Source: Camelus ferus
Taxonomy: Eukaryota
Assembly (NCBI RefSeq): GCF_009834535.1
Contig: NC_045697.1
Coordinates: 88,476,001 to 88,540,000 of the forward strand
DNA length: 64,000 nt
Direction: 5' to 3'
The notes beneath the pieces are model-generated. The model searched no databases and was not told where the DNA came from. It worked only from the letters and a program-made list of their open reading frames with translations. This document shows positions 52,518 to 64,000 of this stretch, piece after piece; the first letter of the stretch is position 1; every line of letters starts with the position of its first letter. The translations under genes were made by a program, and so were the position numbers.

Positions 52518-52954
52518 ACTTCCCATCCTATGGCAGCCTGGGTGACTTGTTTACTTTCTGTATTACAGCTTTAAAATTTCTCCTGCCCTCTAATTTACCT
52601 CTCCTCATGAGCCACTCAGATTTACTACCAGTTCATATCTCTGACTTTGGTTTCTTTCTTCATTTCTGACATCTGAAGATTTTTTTTCTCTAAAATTTGA
52701 TGAACACAATATGGTTTCAATATGTTATATTTTTGCTAAACCTTTTCTGTGTTTCAAGTGTTTTTCAGCAACATGTCCATTTAAAATTTTCACTGAAAAT
52801 CTGGTCTTGCCATCTTAATTATGATTCAGGGATAGTGGCTCTGAGGTTTCTAGAAGATAGAAACATGCAGTCACAGAAAACACATGCAGCAGCCAGTGCA
52901 CTGGAGCAGGGAGACGATCGTCTTGGGGAATATGGACCAGGATCAGGGATCTCT

Positions 52955-53150
52955 AGTGCTGCGCTATCTGATGTGGTAGCTGCTAGCTCTCGGTGACTAT
53001 TTAAATTTAAACTAATTAAAATGAAATACAGTAAACAATTCTGTTTCTCAGGTTCAGTAGCCACATTTCCTGTGCTCAGTGGCCACGTGTGGCTCCTGGC
53101 TACAATACTGTGCAGCTCAGTTAATCGCTTAAGAAATTTCTGCTGGGCAA
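52955..53150. mobile_element. MER3-like hAT-Charlie element
   Basis: 'tggtagctgctagctctcggtgactatttaaattta...tagccacatttcctgtgctcagtggccacgtgtggct'. Confidence 0.75.
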
Positions 53151-54039
53151 TGGCACTATGGTGCGTTTGCTGAGTGTCAGACTAGAAAATGGCATAACTG
53201 AGACTTTGTATCCACTCAACCTGTGAAAGGAGATTAATTTCAAGCCCTATGAGATAGATAGTGAGAAGGGACCTGGATTATTGATATTTTGACCCTATCT
53301 TGGTAAATAGTGACTCAGAAAATGAGGAGAGATTGAGTCTGACTGAATGTGACATCTGTAGATTTGATTACATAGTCAGAGCAAAGCAGAGACATCTTCC
53401 CAAACAAAAGAAAACAGAACAGAAAAATACCAGACAGAGGCTTATAAACGTCCCTGTCTTTTGTTTATGAGCTTTTTTGTTTTTTTGCTGATAATAAAAG
53501 CAATGTATGAGTGCTGTGGAATATTTGAACATCATAACAACTTCCTTGCCTTCTTACGCAGAACGCACCAAATGCACTCTATTTCTTTCCTAATGGCGGT
53601 GAGTCATCATTATTGAATTATAGGATGCTGCACCTAGAACAGAAAGGAGAACAATGCTCCCCCAGACTGGGGGGGGGGGTGCATTCAGAGAGATTTAAAG
53701 CGTGCATTTTCGCCTATATTAGGCGACTCCATGGTGTAATTATTTCTTATCTTGCCATTCTTCCACCTCATACCTTCTCATTATCTGTAACTCCCTGTCT
53801 GACTGTGTGCTTCGAGTAGCTGTCACGGCAGTACTTCTGCTTTTTCTGTTTTCTGTACCTCACTACCCAATAAAATATGTTGGAAATGATCAGGTAATCA
53901 AAGTGGTCAAATTAAATTTTACCTTTACTATCTAAATGCTTCTGACCTGCTCTGCTACTAAGTCATACGTATGACTCTCATGTCAATAGCTCCTCACTCA
54001 TCATATCCCTCCTTCTCCTTGGAGATTCTCAGTGAGGCA

Positions 54040-54350
54040 CAATCAACAGAGCATGAAATTTACAGTAAGAAAGTTGAGGGGTCAGATTCACGGCTCAGCT
54101 GTATGACTTGGCCTAAGCCAACCTCCTGCCTCCTTAAGGATCAGTTTCCTCATCCGTAAATCATCCTTTTCAGTATTATCATCACTAACACTTAAAGAGT
54201 TCTTAGCATGCGTGGAGCTGTGCTTTAAGCACGTTTCATGTGTTAATGCGTTTTAATCTTCACGATACCCTGTGAACTAGGTGCTGTGATTTATCCACGT
54301 TTTACCCTTGAAGAAACTGAGATATGAACAGATTAAGTAAACAGCTCTCA
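54040..54350. mobile_element. Two MIR fragments (plus, then minus)
   Basis: 'gctgtatgacttggcc...tcagtttcctcatccgtaaa' and 'tttaatcttcacgataccctgtgaactagg...gaagaaactgag'. Confidence 0.65.
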
Positions 54351-56239
54351 TACCTATGCTTCCAAGTTGCAAGGGTTATGTTTCTTTGAGAGACATTTAA
54401 TTGTCCTTTGGGTTCCCGATTTTGTTCTGGAGGATTGGAATTTGCGGTGACGGGTTTCTAGACAACAGCACATCATAAACTGCTCTGGGATTTCTAGAGA
54501 TACCTCAGAGCAGTATCCTTCTCTAAACAAGTGGTCAGAGCCATGCAACCTGGGGACAAGCAAACGAAATTCCGTCAGTTTGGCTACAATCTGTTGGGGT
54601 TCTGTAAAATCTATGTGTGGTATTAATTTAAGCTTGGGATTTAGAAAGAGTCAAGACAAGGTTTACATGACAAAAAGAGACACTAATGCATTGGCTTATG
54701 GGGAAAATATAGGTTTAGGAGAATTTTCACTCAATTTGATTTTTAAAAAGCATTTTCAAGATTTTATTTTGATAGTAAATATTTATGTTAAGGTGGGCTC
54801 AACAGTCTTGTTCTGGAAATAAACTTGCCTTTTTTCATATTTCTATGGCAATTCTCCCAAGTATAATTTGATGGTTCAAGTAGAGTTCTGAGTATCTAAA
54901 TGTCTTTAAAAAGATCTAATTGCTTCCGTGTATAAACCAGGGACTTTGTATGAAAAGGAAATCACACTTAGATATTTTTATTTTAGAAAAAACAAAGATA
55001 TTGTAAAGAGATACCATTATCCCTTAGGCAGACATCAGTACTGGAAACTCTCTTTGCTGGGAACACGGCTCTCAGTGAAAGCAGGACAAATGGCATTTCC
55101 CACTGAACTAGAGAACGAGTGATAAGATTGCTATAGTGGACTCACATGAGCTAAATGTTACATGAAAGGAAATAGAAAATATTAAAATCAATAATGATTT
55201 TCAAAAAGCCCACGTAGTGTTGCTTAGAGAATTGAAGGTGTTTTAGCATCTTCTTTATGGTTCTTCTGCACACATAATCTCACATCCTCCTCACCATAAT
55301 ACCATACTCCCCAAAATATACAGACTAATTTTAGCATTCATATATTTTTAAAATCTTAACATTAAACATTATAATAGATGTTAGTTTAGATGAAAGGAAA
55401 GTTACATATTAGGTTTAGCAACATTCCCTTTCAAATGATCATAAAACTGGGTTTCCCCAGTGGTGAATCACAGAAGTGACTCTGTGATTTTTCTCCTCTA
55501 GAGGCCATGGGAGTTTGCAGTCTTGGGGCCTTTGTTATGCTGTGCCTGAAGACAGAAGCAGCTTATCATCACCCTGGTTCGTCACATTTTAGGACTGACC
55601 ACCAGAGCTCAGGCTGGCTAGGAGTGGCTAGGAGTAGGTTGATGCAATATATTTCAAACAGGTTTCTCCACAGTTTATTTGTGTTTTGCAGGTTTGAGCA
55701 ACTAACACATCAATAAAGCAAGCCTATGTTCATTGGAAATTAGCAGGAGTCACGAATGTGGGCTGGTACTTCATCTTGCTGGAAATTCTTAGTCTTTTTT
55801 TTTCCCTTAAACATATGTAACCTGATTAATGACAGGGCAGTTACTGTAACATGGCTGAAGACCTATGGTTGGCAAAATTCAGAATGACTTTTAGATTACA
55901 ATGCATCCACAGTGCATAAATGCTAATTTTGTACTAATTTGCATTAGAAATCTTAATAAGATGTTTTAAATTCTTAAGGAAATCCTGGAGGAGGAGCAGA
56001 CAATTTAACAATCCCACAAAGTGATGCCTTACAATGGGAGACAGGAACCAAAGGTTGTGGCAGCTGTGTGTGAAAACGAACTCATTTAAATCCTGTTTGT
56101 TTACAAGTTTGTGTTGCGTTGCTTCAACTCTAAACTCATGATGTTAGACCAGTTCTGCGAAGTAAAAAGCATGGGCTGGATTGTGTGGGCCAGCACAGAT
56201 TCAAAGCGTCTGCCCTGCTGCCCTCATGTGTGCACTCTG

Positions 56240-56335
56240 GTTTTGTTTGTTTTTGTTTTTGTTTTTGTTTTTTTTTTTGTTTTCATTTATTTGATTTGGG
56301 GAAGTTTTTTGTTTGTTTGTTTCTGGGGTTTTTTG
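56240..56335 (+). repeat. (TTTTTG)n / T-rich tract
   Basis: Directly visible. Confidence 0.85.
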
Positions 56336-58559
56336 ACAATGCATCCCAAACTTTAATTGAGAAGATACAAGCACTATTATTATGGGCTTACCTAAGGTTA
56401 GCCAAAGTTATTTATGAAAAAAGAAAAAAATTTATTTAAAAACACACTAACCCCAAATTAACTATTTTTATGTCTTTGTAAATCTACTGTGAATAATACC
56501 TTGGTTACATTAACATAGGCATGTAGTTTTATAAGAATCAGTGGAATTCTCAAGTGAAACACGCCTACTTCAAACCGTATAAACACCGAACATGCTGGAC
56601 CTCAGCTTAACCACATCTCTCCATGGCCACGTGAATTCTACCACTTTCACTCCCTGCTTCCTTGTCAATGGTCATCCCTTCTCCTGTTTCAACTGCTAGT
56701 AAGCTTTGTCCTGTGTAGCCAAGCCTTTGTCTGCAATCTTTCCATTCAGGCAAGGGTAGATTCTTTCTTCAAAGTAATGTGATTAACTTCTTTACATAAT
56801 ATTTAGCAGTAAAACAAAAATCCCATTTCCTTTCTCTTTTGAGAAATTAGTACTGCCTGGGAGAGTGATAAAGGAAAAGAGATGTTCTCTTTTTCAAATC
56901 CCAGGATCAGCAGTTTTGGAGCATAAAAAATTGAGAGAAAAATCTCAGTAGAGTGTTTTCCTTCTCTACTAAAATTATATGCATGTCTGTAATTCATCAG
57001 TTGGCAACATCTTATAAGACCACGTTGGGGAAGTCAGTGAATGCCTCTGGATTAATAAGGGCTGGAGTCTAAATAAAATTTACAAGCAGATTAAACCTGG
57101 AGACGTGATGTTTGTTAAGGAGAGCTGAGAAGAAGGAGAAGTGAATATAAATTCTGCCAAGTGATTATGGGAAGAACTCCTCTAAGGGAAGGATCAGCAG
57201 CAGTTTAATGGTTGAACACCAAGAGCTAAACCCAAGTGCTGATTTTACATTCATAGAAATTACGTTAGAAGAGTGTGGCTAAAATTAAATTTACATTCCA
57301 TTCCAACCTCCTAATTTTACCCCCTTAGTTCTATCATTTAAAAAAAAAAGGGGGGAGAATGAAACTTCTTGTTCTTGGATTTGGAATTTAGCCAAAATTG
57401 AATTCCTTTCTGCATTCTTGATTAAAATCCACTCATCTATTTTTGCAATCTTTGAATATGGGCAGAAGGAGATTTATCAGATTCATACCATATAACTCAC
57501 GTAATGAAAAAATAGTTTTCTCTTCATGCTTCAGGCCTGACAGACAGGTAATAAAGAATATGAGCTTGGCCTTGTTTGAAGGAATTTTATATTGAGAAAA
57601 CAGTATGACACTTTCTAAATTTTTAATAAACACATGCATAATATTCAAGCATATGCCTGATCACAAAGTGCAGGATATTCCATATTTAATTCCCATTAAA
57701 TTTATAAGGACATATCTGGGATGTCAGCAGGTGTGCCTTCCCGAAAATCTCTGTGTTCTGAAAAATCATACAGAAAAATATCAAGTCCTATGGGAAAATA
57801 GGGCTTGGGGAAAGACTTCCCCAAACCCATGCAATTTTATAACCAAAGCAACAATGAAAACAACAATTGTTATGTTACAAAATAACAGCCCAGAGATGCT
57901 ATCTTGGGGATATCAAATAGGCACAAAAACAACAAAGTAGGAACAGGGACTGGGGGCCACTGAGACGATGCAGATACAAGGGAAGTTCTGCCCTTTGGAG
58001 GAAGAGAAACCAGCAGAGAGAGCTAAGCTCAGGAGTGCTGTTCTGGGATGAGAGTCCCAGGGAAGCAGTTTGTTACTAATTTTCTTACAATACAGCTAAA
58101 AATATTCTTACCTGTGCAATAGTCAAAATAAAAGTTTTTCCTTTCCTAATAAATATTATCATTCTATTCCTGCTCTAGCAGCCTCCCTTGCCTAGGAACA
58201 TTTGTTTATGAAACTACTCGACTTCATATTACACTGGTGTCACCTCTCCTGCTTACCCATTACATGAGCTAACTAACATGAAAGAAATATGGGCTGTAAC
58301 AGAATGATAAGCATCTCAGGAGCTATCTCTAATGCCCATTACTTTATTGAGCTACAATGCCCTTGTCTATATATTTCTTCCTATATTTGATTAATCCTGG
58401 GTGGCCATTAAGAACCCCTCACATCTCTCTCTCCATACGTATATATCAATCTTATATATTCCCCTAAATCTAAAGCTAAAGACAAGCATTATATTAATTT
58501 TTACTTTCCATAGTCATCTCTCCCAGGGACTTGTAGTGTTCAGAGGTAAAGAAAAATCA

Positions 58560-58900
58560 TGATATAAATGCAAAGGAGAAGCAGCCACTAGAAAGCTGCG
58601 AGGAGGATGCAGAGTGTTCAGCCACGGGGAAGGCAAGGCGAGAGCATGTGGCAGAAGGAGGAGAGGTCAGCGTCCTCAGACACATGCCCAGAGCTCACGG
58701 AAGGTGATGGCTGGCGGAGACCTGGTCTAAAGCCACATGAACCCGTCAGTGGCTTTAACGGGAAGAACTTCAGTGGAGTAGTATGGCTACAAATCAGATT
58801 TCAAGATTTTGAAGACCCTACTGGAGGAAACGCAGCAAGAGAAAGTAAATGACTCTTTCATGAAATTTGATTATAAAGTAGAAGCAAAAATTTGGGCAGC
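58560..58900 (-). mobile_element. L2 relic
   Basis: Purine-rich antisense L2-like 'acttcagtggagtagtatggctacaaatcagattt'. Confidence 0.45.
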
Positions 58901-59386
58901 AGATGGAGGAAGATGTGACTTTGGTTATTTGTTTTATTATGAGAAAATTCAAATGTTTAAATGCTGTTGTGGGAGGTGGTAACACAGAACATAGGCTAGA
59001 AAAATGAGGGTGGCCCCAGAGAAGGCAGGAGAAGTTGGGCAGCAGAGATGTAAAAGCATGGTGGGCAAATTTGACATTGTGATAGGAGACAAGAGGAAGT
59101 CATAGCTGCACCTGAATAAGGTTGGAGGATTAGAAGACGGAAGTTGAAAAGGTATATGTTGCATATTCTCTGTTTTCTTTGAAGTAGAAGAGAAAAGAAA
59201 GTTATAGTGTTGGACCTTTGTAATAGCTGCTGTCAAGGACAAGAAAAAGATGCAAGCCCTCTCCAGACAGCACAGAAGGACCATGAGATGAAAGATCCCC
59301 TTTCCTGATCATCTCTGGAACTCAGTCTGAACTGGTCCATGTGTGACACCCATACTCAGAAGATGGTTTAAGATCTGCATGCTCCA

Positions 59387-59971
59387 ATATCCAGAAGGAA
59401 CCCTACTTCAAAATGACACCTGCACCCCAATGTTCATAGCAGTAGCCAAGACATGGAAACAGCCTAAATGTCCATCAACAGATGACTGGATAAAGAAGTT
59501 GTGGTATATTTATACAATGGAACACTATTCAGCCATAAAAACTGACAACATAACGCCATTTGCAGCAACATGGATGTTCCTGGAGATTGTCATTCTAAGC
59601 GAAGTAAGCCAGAAAGAGAAAGAAAAATACCATATGAGATCGCTCATATGTGGAATCTAAAAAAAAACAAAACATAAATACAAAACAGAAACAGACTCAT
59701 AGACATAGAATACAAACTTGTGGTTGCCAAGGGGGTGGGGGGTGGGAAGGGACAGACTGGGATTTCAAAATGCAGAATAGATAAACAAGAATAGATATGG
59801 CACAGGGAAATATATACAAGATCTTATGGTAGCCCACAGAAAAAAATGTGACAAAGAATATATATATGTTCACGTATAACTGAAAAATTGTGCTCTATAC
59901 TGGCATTTGACACAACATTGTAAAATGATTATAACTCAATAAAAAATGTTAAAAAAAAAAAAAGAAAAGAA
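59387..59971 (+). mobile_element. Young 5'-truncated camelid-type L1 with perfect 17-bp TSD
   Basis: ORF2 C-terminus (TCTPMFIA..KTWKQPKCPSTDDWIKKLWYIYTME...LSEVSQKEKEKYHMRSLICGI), 3' UTR, AATAAA and poly(A). TSD aagatctgcatgctcca at 59370-59386 and 59972-59988, target TTT|AAGA. Confidence 0.95.
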
Positions 59972-60129
59972 AAGATCTGCATGCTCCAGGAGGGATGTCC
60001 ATTTCCCTGTATAATCCTGAGGAGAACTACCCAGTCCAGATTTGGTTCTCACTGGGCTCTTGAGGAAAATAATTCTGTAAACCTCAGCAGCTCCTCTCTG
60101 CATGCTTCACCCGGCTGAGGTAGGAAGAA

Positions 60130-60335
60130 CATGTCTTGGACACAAGGCAGAAACAGATTGGCATCTTGGCTTCCTGGTTTCTTACGGTATAGCATGGATT
60201 TCATTCTCTGGATTTCTTTTAATTTCTAAACAAAGGAAAATTAAACATCCATCTTTCACAGTTGTTACAAGAATTAAACAAGGTAGTAAGTGCAAAGTTT
60301 CTGGCCCAGAGTAGATACTCAGCAAATAAAAGTTG
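60130..60335 (+). mobile_element. MIR
   Basis: 'ttcacagttgttacaagaattaaa...ctggcccagagtagatactcagcaaata'. Confidence 0.55.
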
Positions 60336-60781
60336 CCTTCCTTCTATAGTTGAATGCTGCTTCTAGACGTTGTTAGCTTAACAAGAAAGGAAATGATTAG
60401 ACTGAGAATTTGGAACAAGATTCTGCCTACATGAAAAACATTTCTTTGCTTTCATCATTAAATTGTCAAACAATATTCACAGAAGAGGTTTGTTTTATGT
60501 ATTTAGGTTTTTCCAGTTAATAATAAGTGTGTATCTGAGAAAGAAGAAATATAGGGCTGCTACACCCTGACAGGTTGGCATTAAAGCTAGGGGCGAAAAA
60601 AAAAAGAATGCTAGCAGTTCTGATGGGGATAAAGATGAGTCATACCTGTATTCTTTTTTCAGATTTCAACAGAATCATTCAGATCGATTAAACAATGGCT
60701 TACATGATAGGATAAAACTGTTTCATTGGCCAAAAATTCCTCAGAGTTAAATCCCGGAGTTTTAGGTGTTTATTTTATGTA

Positions 60782-60993
60782 CAGTTGACCCTGGAACAAT
60801 GTGGTTGCGAACAGTGCAAACATCCGTATGTAGCTTTACAACTGGCCCTCCTTGTCTGTACCTTCTACATCTGTGGATGCAACACACTGCAGATTCAACC
60901 AACTGCACATCCCGTGGTAGGTATTTAGTGGAAAAAAGTCTGTATGGAAGTAGACCCACCCAGTTCAAACCTGTGTTGTTCCCGGCTCAACCG
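60782..60993. mobile_element. MER8-like (Tigger2-derived) MITE
   Basis: TA + cagttgaccctggaacaa ... ttgttcccggctcaaccg termini; internal 'gattcaaccaactgc'; shares subterminal sequence with 41363-41695. Confidence 0.85.
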
Positions 60994-62489
60994 TGTTAGG
61001 TATAATTTGATGGTCTTTTCAGACATAGATACCTCTTTGGATCCACTACCAACCAAATCAAATACCAACCAGAAGACATCAAGTAGGCCCCCAGAAAGAT
61101 TTGCTTTATGTCATGTTTTAACTGGTGTCATATGGCCTGTTTTATGAATTATAGCTCAAGAAGTTTAAATACTTAAAGCTGTTTCAGACAGACACCATAG
61201 TAGCTTACACATACATATCTGCATTTATACACACATACACGTACAACATAAACATTCTAGAAAGTTTACAGCTCTTTTTCATTTTGCTGGCAATTTATAT
61301 TTGTTCTCAGAAATAAGATGTCAGTTTTGTTTGTGGGTGCATTTGTTGAGTGACAAATGCTCTTCCACAGAAATGGAAGTAAGACTCAACCCACCTATGT
61401 CGGTTGCTTTAGTGGACTGCTTTGCTTTTTCACTTGAAGAACTATTTTGAAGTCACCAGAGAAATCAACCCACAAACAGAAACAAGGAACCAACTGCCAA
61501 AGAATGATACAAATGTGAGGACTGGCCTCGGGAACACCTCCCCTGAACAAAGGGATGATTGATCTCATCCGGAAGCTTGGGGCTCGCATCCTGAGAAGTA
61601 TCTCATTTGTGCTCAACGAACCCTGGGACTGAGGTGCAGTTTGCTCAAGGGACAGTGTTCCCAGGACGGGATAGGGACAAAGGGTCTGTATCATTTTTCA
61701 CAATTTTATAAAATGCTTTGACAGGTCAATCCTGTGAAACGACTTCAAGCTCAGAAAAGATGAACATTTCAGATTATAAATATCTGGTTCTTTCATATTC
61801 ATCAGACTCTCTTCCAAGAGATTTGCTCCACCTGAGCTTTTATCACATATTTCATATCAACGATATTAAGAGGCATAGTGTAATCATGCTTAAAAGACCT
61901 TTTTAAAGCATACAAGATTTATCAGATTGAAAAACACTATACTTTACATAGTAATGAGTTGGAACAGAGCACTTGATATAATAAATTGGGTCTTGTGGAC
62001 AAATTGACTCTAAAACTTCAGATGACGAAAACATTGTTAACCTTGCAATTTACAGTGAAATGGAAGATACAATAGAAGATACACAAGTTTTAGTGAGGAA
62101 TAAAGGAAAATAAATGAAAGTATGAGACAGGAGTATGGCTTTGAACCTTTAATTGCAGCTTAAGAAGACTCAGAAAAGCTATTAGAGGCTATTGTTTAAT
62201 ACTTTACACTGACCCAGATCTAGCAAGGGCAGAAAAGCCTTAAAATATTACTCAAATGGGTAAATGAGAGTCACTCTAAGTAAAAGAGCAGTGGGTAGTT
62301 TAATTTAGAATTTATTTCTATTTCCTGATGGCAGTAAAAATCTCCAGCAATCAAAACAGTGACAAATGAGACTTCTGATCACTTCTAAGGGTTTTAGATG
62401 TTGAGGTCATGCTTCATTATCTCTAATTGGACTTTAAAATGTATCACTTTTTTTTTCCTTAACACTTGTGTAGAATTTTTTTTTTCTCA

Positions 62490-63090
62490 TATGCTGCTTG
62501 GATGGCTGAGTAAATGGCAAAGTCATTCACTGAGACTGGGTATAGGACACAAGAGGAAGATTTGGAAGAAAAAGATGAACTTCATTTTGTAATGTTTATT
62601 ATAAATTGCTCATTTGGTGGGGTGTCAAACAGGCTGCCAAATATAGAAATCCGGAGCTTAGGAGGTGAGCTGGAGTTTGGCCACCTCATGAGTGAAAAGC
62701 TGCTGGTTGAAGTCATGACAATTAATCAGATGGCTCAGGGAAAGTAAGCAGCAGGAGAGAAGGACGAAGGTAAAACTGTGAGGATTAGTGAAAATGAAAG
62801 CGCAGCAGAGGAAATGAAGGCAAGAAGGAAGCACCCTGTGCAGTGGTCTGAGTAAGCTGGAGAGTCGGTACCTTTTAGAGAAACCAAAGGAGGCCAAGAC
62901 ATTAAAATGGAAGGCGTGGCGACCACTGAACAAAGCCACAGAAGGAACCAATCCCCATTGGATTTTGCACTTAGGAAAGTGTTGGTGATTTAGAGTGAAT
63001 GGTTTCCACAGAGTGGTGTTAAAATTGAACTGATTGTGAGGCTATTAGTGGAGACATAGGCTTCTTTTTTAAGGAGGTTTGACAAGGAGT
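62490..63090 (-). mobile_element. L2 relic
   Basis: 'gaagaaaaagatgaacttcattttg...gttgaagtcatg...ccattggattttgcacttaggaaagtgttggtgattt' is antisense L2. Confidence 0.7.
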
Positions 63091-64000
63091 GGATTCTAGC
63101 TGGAGGGGGGTAAATAGCCCAGGAAGATTTCTTTAAGTTTCAGAGAGCTGAACTTGTTTAAGTAGAGAAGGGAATAACCAGTAGATTGAGAAAGGAAGAA
63201 GAACAAACCAAAGAAAAGTGAATGATGGAGGTCGAGTTTTGGAGCAGACCATGATAACGTCTGGCAGAAAGACGGAAGGATTAGATCAGACAAAGGAGAA
63301 CTATGTTTTTCCCTCAGAAGAAAAAGGCAGATGTACCTTCTAGAAAAACACTCAAATTCCTTTTCTTTGTGATGGATAGGGATACTGCTTATGCACCTCT
63401 AAACTCAGAGAGAGAAACTATTAAACACTTGATAGATGATGGTGAGTAAGTTCAACCATGCTAATCAGCAGTCTCCCAGGTAAGCAGCAGGAAGAGCAAA
63501 ATCTAGCTCTATCCAGGAGGCTGTGCTCATGAATGCTCTTGTTACCGTTGATTCCATTCAGCAGCCACGAAGCCAAGTGGGGAAAGAGAGCTTCAGGTGA
63601 GGAGCTGGAAGACGAGAGCCAAGGCATCATCCTGCTGACTGTGCCGCCTCTGAGTCCGTGTTCACAGCACAGCAATCCTCTTTCTCGCTTGGCTTCCTAC
63701 CATAGCCTTTCTGCAAATGATCTTCCGATGGTCACGTTATTCCTTTCCTGGGCATTTCTGATTCTATTTTCTTTTGCATCTGGCTAGTCTGAGCCAGTCC
63801 CTGAAAGACTGATCCCTACTGGCTACAGTATTAAGAATGATTCTGGACTTTAAAGCTTGGGAGAACTGAGCCTTGACAAAGATGATCTCACCAAAGCCAT
63901 GACACCCCTTGGGGCTCTGCCTAATGGCTGATCAGCCCCCCTCAATGACATCACCATCATCTTTGCTTATCAACATCTTTATCAACCCAGATATTAATTA

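Noticed and set aside
55675..55725. Terminal exon (ttttgcag acceptor followed by AATAAA)
   Set aside because: Only short motifs, no upstream exon identified; expected by chance in 64 kb.
59343..59660. 105-aa ORF as a host gene (also 25453-25701)
   Set aside because: It is the C-terminus of L1 ORF2 in truncated insertions.
1..64000. Prokaryotic-type systems (CRISPR arrays, operons, defence islands)
   Set aside because: The sequence is mammalian repeat-rich DNA with no regularly spaced repeat-spacer array or long ORF.

Overview
AT-rich, CpG-depleted mammalian genomic DNA with no protein-coding exon that I can support, so it is intergenic or deep intronic. Three copies of a tRNA-derived SINE matching the camelid Vic-1 family as I recall it, plus cetartiodactyl-type L1 3' ends, point to a camelid (alpaca, llama or camel). 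The window is a mosaic of transposon relics: L1, L2, MIR, MaLR/ERVL/ERV1 LTRs, a collapsed ERV-L provirus with a gag remnant, and Tigger2/MER8 and MER3 DNA transposons. Nearly all listed ORFs are spurious or repeat-derived. Family names come from recalled consensus sequences, not a database search, and most boundaries of old elements are approximate. The most interesting signals are L1-machinery products: (1) a 363-bp TSD-flanked element joining an L1 5' UTR head directly to an L1 3' UTR tail at a possible splice junction; (2) a TSD-flanked retrocopy of an LTR end plus unique flank; (3) two independent L1 insertions whose 5'-most points fall at the same L1 position, one of them twin-primed; (4) a probable 3' transduction. 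I also found an old ~200-bp local duplication and a few enhancer-like unique stretches. I found no evidence for a new gene system.
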